In this document: positions 48,048 through 58,131 of the stretch, one piece after another
Layout: every line of letters starts with the position of its first letter
How positions within the stretch are numbered: the first letter of the stretch is position 1
Source: an uncultured Planctomycetaceae bacterium
GTDB lineage: Bacteria > Planctomycetota > Planctomycetia > Pirellulales > PALSA-1355
Assembly (NCBI GenBank): GCA_963785305.1
Contig: CAWAUV010000005.1
Location: forward strand, 544,001-608,000
Direction of reading: 5' to 3'
DNA: 64,000 nt
Program-made: the position numbers and the translations under genes
Notes under the pieces: generated by a model
Databases searched by the model: none
Told to the model about the DNA's origin: nothing
The model's input: only the letters and a program-made list of their open reading frames with translations

Positions 48048-48695
48048 TCATCCGGCCCGGCGGGCTTGGTCGGATGGCGCCAGTTCGCCTTGCAGCGTCC
48101 GCCAGGAGCGGCGCAGTTCGTGTCGCAACTGCGAAATTCTCGCGGGCGAGACGCCGAAACGTCGGGCCGCTTCCGCCGTGGTTTCGCCGGCGGCCAGCGC
48201 CTTCGCGATGCGGCGATCGCGAGTCGGCAGCGACCGGAACCACTCGGCCAGATCGAGCCGGGTGGCGGCCGTGTCGGCCGGCGTGGCGCGACGGTCCGCG
48301 ACGATGGCCTCCCTCCACGCCGCCGCCGCCGAGTCGTAACGATCGAGCCGCTCGATACGCACCCGCCGATTCGCGGGCGACATCAAATCGCGTTGGTTGA
48401 GTTTGTTGCCCACGCGGCGGCCATCGCGCACGTGCCGGATCGCATAATGAGCCAGTGGCGTGGCGAACGCCGAGTCGACCTTGCCGCGTTCCACCAACCG
48501 CGCGAACGCGCTATAGGCGTTCGCGATGACTTCCTGCACCAACTCCTCGCGGGCTTCAATCGTCCGATTTCGGAAAGCGACCCGCGCCTGGAGCCTGATC
48601 CGCGGCAGCATGGCCAGGAACGCGTCATGGATGGCGGTGGAAGCGCTGCTGGCGGGCTTATCTTGAACCGGCCGGGGATGAATAAACGCGATCAT
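48048..48695 (-). CDS. Sigma70/ECF-like DNA-binding protein
   Basis: Sigma2-like EELVQEVIANAY and sigma4-like SLPTRDRRIAKALAAGETTAEAARRFGVSPARISQLR. Confidence 0.65.
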   Translation of the reverse strand: MIAFIHPRPVQDKPASSASTAIHDAFLAMLPRIRLQARVAFRNRTIEAREELVQEVIANAYSAFARLVERGKVDSAFATPLAHYAIRHVRDGRRVGNKLNQRDLMSPANRRVRIERLDRYDSAAAAWREAIVADRRATPADTAATRLDLAEWFRSLPTRDRRIAKALAAGETTAEAARRFGVSPARISQLRHELRRSWRTLQGELAPSDQARRAG

Positions 48696-48835
48696 GGAAC
48701 GATCTCCCGTAAAAGAGACCGCCCCGGCGCGGGGCGGTCGTTTGGAAAAACAACCGCTCCGCACGCGCGAAGCAACAGATCAAGTTAAGGGCGCGAAACG
48801 CTTCAGTCTCACGGCGCAAACCTCCGCGAGCCGTT

Positions 48836-49407
48836 TCACTCGGCGTCGGGCATCTCGGGCGAATCGAGCGCCGGCCGGTCGATTCCGATCCGCGGCCGAG
48901 ACGAGAGCATCGGCTTCTCGGCGAGCAGTTCGGCGACCAGCAATTCTTCGAGCGATTCCGATGGCTCGCTCGCGCCGAGATCTGCGCCAGGTAGAGGCAA
49001 AGCGCGAACAACAGCGCCAAGGGCAGGAGCCAAGCGGACGCCGTGATGGCGGCGGCGATGGTCGGCGCTCGATCTCGCGCGGCGGCCAAGTCGCGCCGTT
49101 CCTCGGCCAACGCCACTCGCTGCCGGTCGAGACTGGCCCGTTCGCTCTGAAGCGATGTTTCGAGGTCCTTTTGGGCGGCGATCAGTTCCGCGCGGGCGGC
49201 GGCGTCTTGGCGCACCAGATCGTGCGTCGCTTCGGCGACTTGCTCGCTCTGCCGGACGATTTGTCGATTCTGCTCGGCCTGCCGATTCGCGCTTTCTTGT
49301 GAAAGCGAGACAAGTCTTTCATCGTCGCTACAGCCGGTCAGCGGCGCCGCCATCATCGCGAGGGCGATCAGCATGATGGGATTCAACGGATTCTTGGTTT
49401 TGCGCAT
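48836..49407 (-). CDS. Coiled-coil lipoprotein with a C-terminal TM segment (frameshift near 48980)
   Basis: Lipobox PLTGC, long Q/E/R/A heptads, then AWLLPLALLFALCLYL. Confidence 0.6.
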
Positions 49408-49552
49408 GCGAGGTTCTCCAGCGGGCGAGAAGTTTGGCCAGCAGCCGCTGCAAGGCCCGTCGCAACCGGGCCTCGCGGATCAGGGCCAGCAGAATGAACA
49501 ACAGCGCGACCGCCAGCGCGGCCACGAGGATGGTTTGAGGGCTCAATAGCAT
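49328..49552 (-). CDS. Small single-TM protein with a basic amphipathic tail
   Basis: ILVAALAVALLFILLALI followed by REARLRRALQRLLAKLLARWR; RBS gaaggg. Confidence 0.6.
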   Translation of the reverse strand: MLLSPQTILVAALAVALLFILLALIREARLRRALQRLLAKLLARWRTSHAQNQESVESHHADRPRDDGGAADRL

Positions 49553-49638
49553 GGTTCCCTTCGCGTTTTTGGAACGGACGAAGTTGTTGATCGGCGAGTT
49601 CGCGCCGAGTTTCGTGCCCCAGTCGTTCCGTGGTTCCG

Positions 49639-51119
49639 TCAGTTGTTGGACGGATCGCGGCGCACGGAGCGGGCGTTCTTGGGGTTCGCCGGTCGGCTGA
49701 AGATGCCTGGCCGGTCGGCGGCCAAGCAGCGTCCGGTCGCCCAGTCCCGGAGCCGCTCCACGGCCTCGCTAGCGGTCCGGGAGACCGGGACCACGTTCCG
49801 AGCCGCCTCGACGAGCGACACGCCCAAGAGCGCCGCTAAACGGCAGCAGGAACGCACCTCGGCCCCGGTCCAACCTTCGTCGGCGGGCCGCGGCTGCTGG
49901 AGGGGTAAGCCAAAGCGGGCGAGGTACATCTCCCAGATCGCTTGCCGCTCTTCGCTCCCCGGCAGGTCCAAGAAGAAGATTCCATCCAGTCGCTCGGCGC
50001 GGGTCAGTTCCGGCGGCAACCGGCTGATGTCGTTGGCCGTGGCCACGACGAACACATCGCTCTCGTGATCCGCCATCCAGGACAGGAGCGTGCCGAAGAG
50101 CCGCGTCGAGACGCCGCTATCGCCCTGGCCGCCGACGCCCGCGAGCGCTTTTTCGAGTTCGTCGACAAAGAGAATCGCCGGGCTCATCGCGTCGACGATC
50201 CGCAAGGCTTGGCGAATGTTTTGCTCGGTCGCGCCGACCAGCGAACCGTAGAGCGCGCCGACGTCGAGCGTGAGCGTCGGGCGGCTCGCTTCGTTGCCGA
50301 GCGCCTTGGCGAACGCGCTCTTGCCGGCGCCGGGCGCCCCAAGAGCAGCACCCCGCGCGGCTTCACCGGCCTGTCGCCGACGAGCGCCCGCCGACAGAAG
50401 TCTTTCAGGTTCTGAAGGCCGCCCAGATCGCTGAAGCGTTCATTGCCTTCGTGCAGCGTGAGCAGGCCGCTCTTTTTCAGGGCTTGGCTCTTGAGTTCCC
50501 AAATCGTCTCGGGACGGATGATGTTGTGCCGCGTGATCGAGAGCGCGAACGCGCCTTCGGCCTCGTAACGCGTCAGCCCGGCCGCCGCGTCCAGCATGCG
50601 CTCGAGATCGCGACCCGCCGGCAAGTCGGCGGGATTTTCGGCGGCCAGTTCCCGGGCGATCCATTCCAGTTGGTCACGATCCGGCAGCGCGTGCTCCAGG
50701 ACCACGAACAGTTTTTCGAGTTCGAGCGGAACCCGCACGGTCGGCGCGAGCACGACGATAAACGTGCGCCGCTGCTTGCCGGCGATCAGCTCCATGAACG
50801 TGGTCTGCACGATCTCGGGATTGTTGAGAAACCGATGAAAATTGTGGAGCAGCAGGAGCGACGTTCCGGTGGGCTGCGCGAGGCTCGGCAGCGCCCGCAG
50901 CGCCGCCAGCGGGTCGCCGCCCGACGCTTCTCGCGGCGGAGCAGCGCCGGCGTCCAAAACCGTCAGGCCCCGGGCCATGTCCCAAACGGCGATGTTCCAG
51001 CCTTGGGAGCGGCCATGCTCCAGGATTTCACGCTCGGCTTCGTCGGGTTCTTGGGTCTGAATCCAGAGTCCGGTGAAGGCGGCGTGGATATAGTCGCTTA
51101 ATTGCGCGGCGAGTCGCAT
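49639..51119 (-). CDS. Ycf46-like AAA+ ATPase (frameshift in Walker A)
   Basis: Degenerate first module (LLLHNFH), FSDLGGLQNLK, G-PGAGKS, ILFVDELEK, ATANDISRLPPELTRAERLD. Confidence 0.85.
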
Positions 51120-51157
51120 GAAAATGGCTCCTTGTGGAGAGGGGATTTGTTGTGAAT

Positions 51158-51207
51158 GGTTCGGCCCGGTTCGAGCTGGTTCCGGCTGGTTCCTGCTGGT
51201 TCGGGCC
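51158..51207. repeat. Five tandem 10-bp units GGTTCnnnnn
   Basis: ggttcggccc ggttcgagct ggttccggct ggttcctgct ggttcgggcc. Confidence 0.75.
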
Positions 51208-51280
51208 GGAAACGAAATGAGCCTCGCGCGCTGCAAATAGCGCCGAGGCTCTTGTGAGGAGGAGTTGTTCGCCGGAGCGG

Positions 51281-51481
51281 TTAATTGCTTGATTGTTGCT
51301 GCTGTTGTTGTTGGGACGGCGCTGTCGCGAAGTATTCGGCGGTGCGCGCGTCGGCCGTGACCACGCCGAGGGCGCGTTCCAGGAATTTGGACGCTTCCCG
51401 GCAACTCGCGCCTTCGTAGCCCTGGGTCCGGATCGTGGTTTCTCCCTGGGGCGAGACGGTGATTTCGAGGATCGGAGGCAT
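51281..51481 (-). CDS. DUF2997-like small protein
   Basis: LEITVSPQGETTIRTQGYEGASCREASKFLERALG...TAEYF, with a poly-Q tail. Confidence 0.8.
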   Translation of the reverse strand: MPPILEITVSPQGETTIRTQGYEGASCREASKFLERALGVVTADARTAEYFATAPSQQQQQQQSSN

Positions 51482-51586
51482 GGCAATCGTTCTCCCGTTG
51501 CTGGACGCTGTGTTCGAGCCACGTGATTTTTTTAAGTGGCTGTTTCGCCGGCGAGACATGAAAAGAGTTTGGCGATCGAGCGGCGC

Positions 51587-51952
51587 TCAGCCGGCCGTCT
51601 GGATGTTCAGCCGCACGCTGCCGTCGGCCAATAAGCGTTCGCTGACGGAGTGTCCTTGCCCACGCGCTTCGAGCTTGGTTTTTTCGACGGCGTAGGCTTG
51701 CAGAAACCGGTCGAATTGGCGGAGGTCGCCCCAATGGCCGCCGTAATTGTCGTAGCGCGCCGCGCCGCTGGTGGCGTCGATCACGGCCGGATATCGCCAG
51801 CCCGGCAACCGCACCGCCCAGCCGTGGGCTTCCTGGCCCGCGAACAGTTTGAAAATCCCCTGCTCGGGCGCGGCGAGTCCCAGACGTCGGCAGGCGGCGG
51901 CGATCGCGACCGGATCGCGGAGCTTCGTGGTGATCGAAACGACATGACTCAT
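51587..51952 (-). CDS. DUF1257 (Ycf35-like) protein
   Basis: MSHVVSITTKLRD, LQAYAVEK, LADGSVRL; next to DUF2997 and the AAA gene; RBS aggag. Confidence 0.8.
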   Translation of the reverse strand: MSHVVSITTKLRDPVAIAAACRRLGLAAPEQGIFKLFAGQEAHGWAVRLPGWRYPAVIDATSGAARYDNYGGHWGDLRQFDRFLQAYAVEKTKLEARGQGHSVSERLLADGSVRLNIQTAG

Positions 51953-52351
51953 GACGGGTCTCCTGGGGATCGTGCTTGTAAAATCAGCGCCGAGATTGGC
52001 GCTGAATCGATATCGAACGTTGAAACGAAAACAGCCCCGCGCAATATCGCCGATGAGGGCCCCGCGCCGCGAGGCAAAAGAGAAGCCGATAGCTCGACTC
52101 CTCGCTACTTATTATGACGCGTTTTAGGCGAAAATTCAGCGAAAGAAACGTTCTCATCGCGCCACGGCGCCGATGGCCCCGTTACCGATCATGGATTGCC
52201 GATCCTCGCCGCTCGCGGCGGGAAATCCATGAATGCCGCCAAGGACCCGTGTCGGCATGCGAGATCGACGAGCTCAAAGGCGCCACGGCGCACGCATGCG
52301 CTGGCGGATCCCGGCGACGGGACAACCCGGAGAAGCCGCCGCCGTCAGGTG

Positions 52352-55300
52352 GTTTCAATCCACGCGGCCCGTGTGGGCCGCGACCACGTCACCCGAAAAT
52401 CCCTTGGGGAGCTCTTCGAGTTTCAATCCACGCGGCCCGTGTGGGCCGCGACTGTCGACGCGCGGCGGGCGCTCGCGGCCGCGGAGTTTCAATCCACGCG
52501 GCCCGTGTGGGCCGCGACAGCGTGACCCGATAAATGCCCGGCATCGTAAAAAGTTTCAATCCACGCGGCCCGTGTGGGCCGCGACGAGCGGATCATCGAC
52601 GCGATCAAGGTCGAGTTCGAGGTTTCAATCCACGCGGCCCGTGTGGGCCGCGACCCGCCGACGAGACCGCCGCCGAACCCCAAGCCGAGTTTCAATCCAC
52701 GCGGCCCGTGTGGGCCGCGACCCGACCAGGGCCTCAATATCCAGGGCGCGTACACGTTTCAATCCACGCGGCCCGTGTGGGCCGCGACGTTCGCTCGGCG
52801 CGGCATCCATCGAGCAGTTCGGCGTTTCAATCCACGCGGCCCGTGTGGGCCGCGACGTTGGTTCCGACCAGCACTTCGCCGGGCTGGTCGCGTTTCAATC
52901 CACGCGGCCCGTGTGGGCCGCGACTCCACGCCGAACCACTGATAACGCGCATAGAAAGTTTCAATCCACGCGGCCCGTGTGGGCCGCGACCGACGGCAGC
53001 CGGCGTCAGGCCGGCGAGATGCGCGTTTCAATCCACGCGGCCCGTGTGGGCCGCGACCGCCGTCGACGCGGGCGGCGCGGCCGCGATGGATGTTTCAATC
53101 CACGCGGCCCGTGTGGGCCGCGACCATCAGGACCGCGATGTTTCTCCTCGGCTGCGCGTTTCAATCCACGCGGCCCGTGTGGGCCGCGACCGTAGGTCAC
53201 TCCGCCCACGATCGCGCACACATAGTTTCAATCCACGCGGCCCGTGTGGGCCGCGACACCAACACACCTAAGTACCCGGGGATAATCACATGTTTCAATC
53301 CACGCGGCCCGTGTGGGCCGCGACGTCAGGATGCCACCAGGCGCCGAGCCATTGCCAATGTTTCAATCCACGCGGCCCGTGTGGGCCGCGACGATCGCCC
53401 GGATGCCGAAGCAGCCCAGCTCGTCGCGTTTCAATCCACGCGGCCCGTGTGGGCCGCGACGAGATATCCAGCGCGTTGCGATATCGCCGCAAATGTTTCA
53501 ATCCACGCGGCCCGTGTGGGCCGCGACGCCAGTCCCGCGATAATCGCTTGGATTTCCGCCAGTTTCAATCCACGCGGCCCGTGTGGGCCGCGACCCCAAG
53601 GCCGACAAGCGGTTGCCGGCGAAGAAAGGTTTCAATCCACGCGGCCCGTGTGGGCCGCGACGCCCATCGGCCGCGTTTCTCCATCTGCGCGACGGGTTTC
53701 AATCCACGCGGCCCGTGTGGGCCGCGACTCGCCGCGGCATCCTGGGCCACTACGTAGATGTGAGTTTCAATCCACGCGGCCCGTGTGGGCCGCGACGCCG
53801 CGAAGTTCATGCCTCAGCCCCCACAGCCAGAGTTTCAATCCACGCGGCCCGTGTGGGCCGCGACGCGATACAATCCCGCCGAGGAGGCAATCAACTGGTT
53901 TCAATCCACGCGGCCCGTGTGGGCCGCGACGCGAGCGATCAAAGCCAAGGAAACCCGAGGACTCGTTTCAATCCACGCGGCCCGTGTGGGCCGCGACGTC
54001 GCGGCCCTCAATGGCCCGGCGCCCGTGGCCTCGTTTCAATCCACGCGGCCCGTGTGGGCCGCGACCTCGCGAGCCGGCGCACATGCGATGCGCCTCGACG
54101 TTTCAATCCACGCGGCCCGTGTGGGCCGCGACTGCGCGCCGATCGCGGATTGCCGTGGCTGTTCGACGTTTCAATCCACGCGGCCCGTGTGGGCCGCGAC
54201 CGCGTACTACTTGCGCCCGATGGCGGCACTGAACCGTTTCAATCCACGCGGCCCGTGTGGGCCGCGACCTCATAGCGTTCTTGCGATATATCACTGGTTG
54301 ATGTTTCAATCCACGCGGCCCGTGTGGGCCGCGACGCCATGGAGTGGTCGTAGTGACCCCGCAGCACGCGTTTCAATCCACGCGGCCCGTGTGGGCCGCG
54401 ACGTCATTCCCAACTGATCTATTCAGCGACCATAGCTGTTTCAATCCACGCGGCCCGTGTGGGCCGCGACCCTCGTTCGTCTCGGCCATGTCAATCTCCG
54501 TGATCCGTTTCAATCCACGCGGCCCGTGTGGGCCGCGACCGGCCATCATTTCGGCATGGGCAACCGATGCCGCGTTTCAATCCACGCGGCCCGTGTGGGC
54601 CGCGACGGTCAGCAGCAAATCCGAGCGCAGTAGCCAAGCCAGTTTCAATCCACGCGGCCCGTGTGGGCCGCGACCCGAAAAGGCATATTCAAACGGTCGA
54701 TCGGCAGGTTTCAATCCACGCGGCCCGTGTGGGCCGCGACCAGATCAGCACGGATGGCTTTGCCGCGTACCCTGTTTCAATCCACGCGGCCCGTGTGGGC
54801 CGCGACGCTGGATGGATAGCTCGGATCGAACGTCACGAAATGTTTCAATCCACGCGGCCCGTGTGGGCCGCGACTTCCGGCTACGCCCCGGTCTACAACT
54901 CGCGCAGTGTTTCAATCCACGCGGCCCGTGTGGGCCGCGACGCGCCGCGCGGAACTGCATCTATTGGGCCGCCGAGTGTTTCAATCCACGCGGCCCGTGT
55001 GGGCCGCGACCCTGAGCATCAAAATGATCGCGAACGCCTCGGCGTTTCAATCCACGCGGCCCGTGTGGGCCGCGACGGCTCGCGATCGCGACTGCCTCGC
55101 ACGCGTCGAGCGTTTCAATCCACGCGGCCCGTGTGGGCCGCGACGGCCGACCTTGTTACGTCGTGACCACGAAAGCTGTTTCAATCCACGCGGCCCGTGT
55201 GGGCCGCGACGTCAGGCGGACCGCCCTGGCCGGTCGTCCCAGAGTTTCAATCCACGCGGCCCGTGTGGGCCGCGACCAGATAATTTCGCTGTGGAATGCG

Positions 55301-57507
55301 TTCTCTGAGAGTTTCAATCCACGCGGCCCGTGTGGGCCGCGACGTGAAGCAGATTCCCGCGAGCAGCGAAACGCAATTGTTTCAATCCACGCGGCCCGTG
55401 TGGGCCGCGACGAGCGTAATCGGCGGAAGGGCGGCGGCATGACCAAGTTTCAATCCACGCGGCCCGTGTGGGCCGCGACACCCGGACAAGTTGATGGCCT
55501 GCATCAAGCATGGTGTTTCAATCCACGCGGCCCGTGTGGGCCGCGACCCGGCGCAGTCCGTGCGAGCCATTGACGCCGCACGCGTTTCAATCCACGCGGC
55601 CCGTGTGGGCCGCGACGCCAAGGGACGCGTAATAGCTGTCGTCGATTTCGTTGTTTCAATCCACGCGGCCCGTGTGGGCCGCGACGCGGTCTCGAAAGGT
55701 GGCTCGGAATGCACGACGATGTTTCAATCCACGCGGCCCGTGTGGGCCGCGACCTCGTCGCGATCAAGGCAGGCTTGCTGTTTTTAGAGGTTTCAATCCA
55801 CGCGGCCCGTGTGGGCCGCGACCCCATGACGATCACGCAAGGACTGGTTGCGTATTTGTTTCAATCCACGCGGCCCGTGTGGGCCGCGACCGGATAAGGT
55901 CGACGCCGGCATCATGGACATCCTGTTTCAATCCACGCGGCCCGTGTGGGCCGCGACTGGCTCGATCCAGGTTTCCTTGCCCTTTTTCTTTGTTTCAATC
56001 CACGCGGCCCGTGTGGGCCGCGACTCTTGATTCGAGCCATTGCTTACCTTTCCACAACTGTTTCAATCCACGCGGCCCGTGTGGGCCGCGACCTCCGCGG
56101 CGGGATTGTATCGCGGCTGCGCTGGAGTTTCAATCCACGCGGCCCGTGTGGGCCGCGACACTCGATTGCCGAGCAGTACGCCTAGCCTGGCGGGTTTCAA
56201 TCCACGCGGCCCGTGTGGGCCGCGACCACGACGCCCACGTAGCCGTCCATGTCGATGATCGTTTCAATCCACGCGGCCCGTGTGGGCCGCGACATGAGCG
56301 CGACGGCTTCTCGTTCGGTGAGCATGTGTTTCAATCCACGCGGCCCGTGTGGGCCGCGACCGCACGGACGATAGATCGAGTCCCTGGACCATGACGTTTC
56401 AATCCACGCGGCCCGTGTGGGCCGCGACCGTGCGATTTGCACAGTTGTTGGAGTTCGGCGAAGTTTCAATCCACGCGGCCCGTGTGGGCCGCGACCGCCA
56501 TGGAGTGGTCGTAGTGACCCCGCAGCACGCGTTTCAATCCACGCGGCCCGTGTGGGCCGCGACCTCGGCAATCGAGTCCAGGTAATCAGCTGCGCCGGTG
56601 TTTCAATCCACGCGGCCCGTGTGGGCCGCGACGCGGCGATGCGATCTCGCTTGAGTTGCGCGACGATGGTTTCAATCCACGCGGCCCGTGTGGGCCGCGA
56701 CAGTGGAGCGAACACGATTTCATCGCGAGCGACAAGTTTCAATCCACGCGGCCCGTGTGGGCCGCGACAGGTGGATCGGTCTCGAAACCTGACTTGCGCA
56801 GTTTCAATCCACGCGGCCCGTGTGGGCCGCGACACTCGCTCTCGCACGCGGTCGCGAAGCCTCTCGCAGTTTCAATCCACGCGGCCCGTGTGGGCCGCGA
56901 CCCTCGCGAGCCGGCGCACATGCGATGCGCCTCGACGTTTCAATCCACGCGGCCCGTGTGGGCCGCGACAGCGTATTTTCAGCCGGTGTCCATCGCGGTC
57001 GGTGTTTCAATCCACGCGGCCCGTGTGGGCCGCGACAATAGCGGAGCGGCGAGGCGTCGAACATGCAGAGCGTTTCAATCCACGCGGCCCGTGTGGGCCG
57101 CGACGCAGCATGAGCCTGGCTGCGATGCTGCGCTGGGTGTTTCAATCCACGCGGCCCGTGTGGGCCGCGACCTGCGGCAGAGCGAGATCGCCGCCGCGCG
57201 GATACCGTTTCAATCCACGCGGCCCGTGTGGGCCGCGACACGGCAGTATAGTCGTCAATCCGGCCGACATCGCGTTTCAATCCACGCGGCCCGTGTGGGC
57301 CGCGACCCCATGGAACACCGGAGTCTGCCGCGTCGGAAAGTTTCAATCCACGCGGCCCGTGTGGGCCGCGACGCACGGCGCTTTTACTCACGGCGAGATT
57401 GATCGCGTTTCAATCCACGCGGCCCGTGTGGGCCGCGACTGCCGGACGACTGGATGCGCCACTCGATATCCGCAGTTTCAATCCACGCGGCCCGTGTGGG
57501 CCGCGAC
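52352..57507 (-). CRISPR. Type I-C CRISPR array; 77 repeats and 76 spacers of 32-36 bp (manual count)
   Basis: 33-bp repeat GTCGCGGCCCACACGGGCCGCGTGGATTGAAAC (minus strand) with hairpin GCGGCCC-ACAC-GGGCCGC and 3' ATTGAAAC. Confidence 0.98.
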
Positions 57508-57705
57508 GGTCTTGTTGTAACTTGTTGCCCCGCAAGGAGCAAATTACAACAACCCGCGAACCGTCGACATTTTCAGATGTCGATGTCGGCTCATACAACG
57601 TCCAAATTGCCAAAGAGCTAGCCGCATATGGCTTTGCGGCGTTCGCGAACCTGCCCGGTTTTTCGCCGGCGCTTCATGTCCGCGATCGGTCAGAAACCCG
57701 GCGAA
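57508..57705 (-). promoter_or_regulatory. CRISPR leader
   Basis: Non-coding, relatively AT-rich stretch between cas2 and the first repeat, with two cgcgaacc motifs typical of I-C leaders. Confidence 0.75.
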
Positions 57706-57996
57706 TCACGCGATCAGCGGGCCGTCGATATCATACGACGCCTTGGCGCCCGCTTGCTCGACTCGGCGATGCCAATTGGCGCCCAAGTAATAGAACCGCA
57801 AGCTGTCCGTCGATTCGTCGATCAGCTCCACCAGTTGCAACCGGCACTCGGCCCACCGCGCCGGATCGACTTTCAGCTCGAACACGGAATTCTGCACCCG
57901 CTGGCCGAAATTCGAACAGGTCTTCGCTACCTGTCGCAGTCGACGGCGACCTTCCGGAGTCGTCGTGCTCACGTCGTAGGTCACCAAAACGTACAT
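57706..57996 (-). CDS. cas2: CRISPR-associated Cas2
   Basis: [40 protein letters not shown]. Confidence 0.95.
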   Translation of the reverse strand: MYVLVTYDVSTTTPEGRRRLRQVAKTCSNFGQRVQNSVFELKVDPARWAECRLQLVELIDESTDSLRFYYLGANWHRRVEQAGAKASYDIDGPLIA

Positions 57997-58018
57997 CGAT
58001 TTTGCTCCCGCGCGGGGT

Positions 58019-58128
58019 TCTGTCCGAGAAGCGCCTGGGAGACGCGGACAGCCTTATTTTGCTTCGACCCGCATTGTTTGGTAGACGCGGCGCAAAATCG
58101 GGACAGTCCCCGCCGGACCTCGGACAGA
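58019..58128. repeat. About 110-bp palindromic REP/MITE-like insert between cas1 and cas2
   Basis: Outer inverted repeat tctgtccgag/ctcggacaga, inner attttgc/gcaaaat, plus gggacagtccc. Confidence 0.5.
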
Positions 58129-58131
58129 CTC

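Noticed and set aside
52150..52351. Possible degenerate terminal repeats beyond the array (ccaaggacccgtgtcggcatgcga; gcgccacggcgc twice)
   Set aside because: Similarity is weak and the spacing does not fit the ~67-bp period.
52586..52621. Spacer 4 partly matches the adjacent AAA gene (17/18 nt at 50186..50203)
   Set aside because: The other half of the spacer does not match, and a short GC-rich match is plausible by chance. I saw no full self-targeting spacer by eye, but did not search exhaustively.
52114..57613. Many ORFs with repeating FQSTRPVWAAT / VSIHAARVGRD / FNPRGPCGPR motifs
   Set aside because: These are translations of the CRISPR repeat, not proteins.
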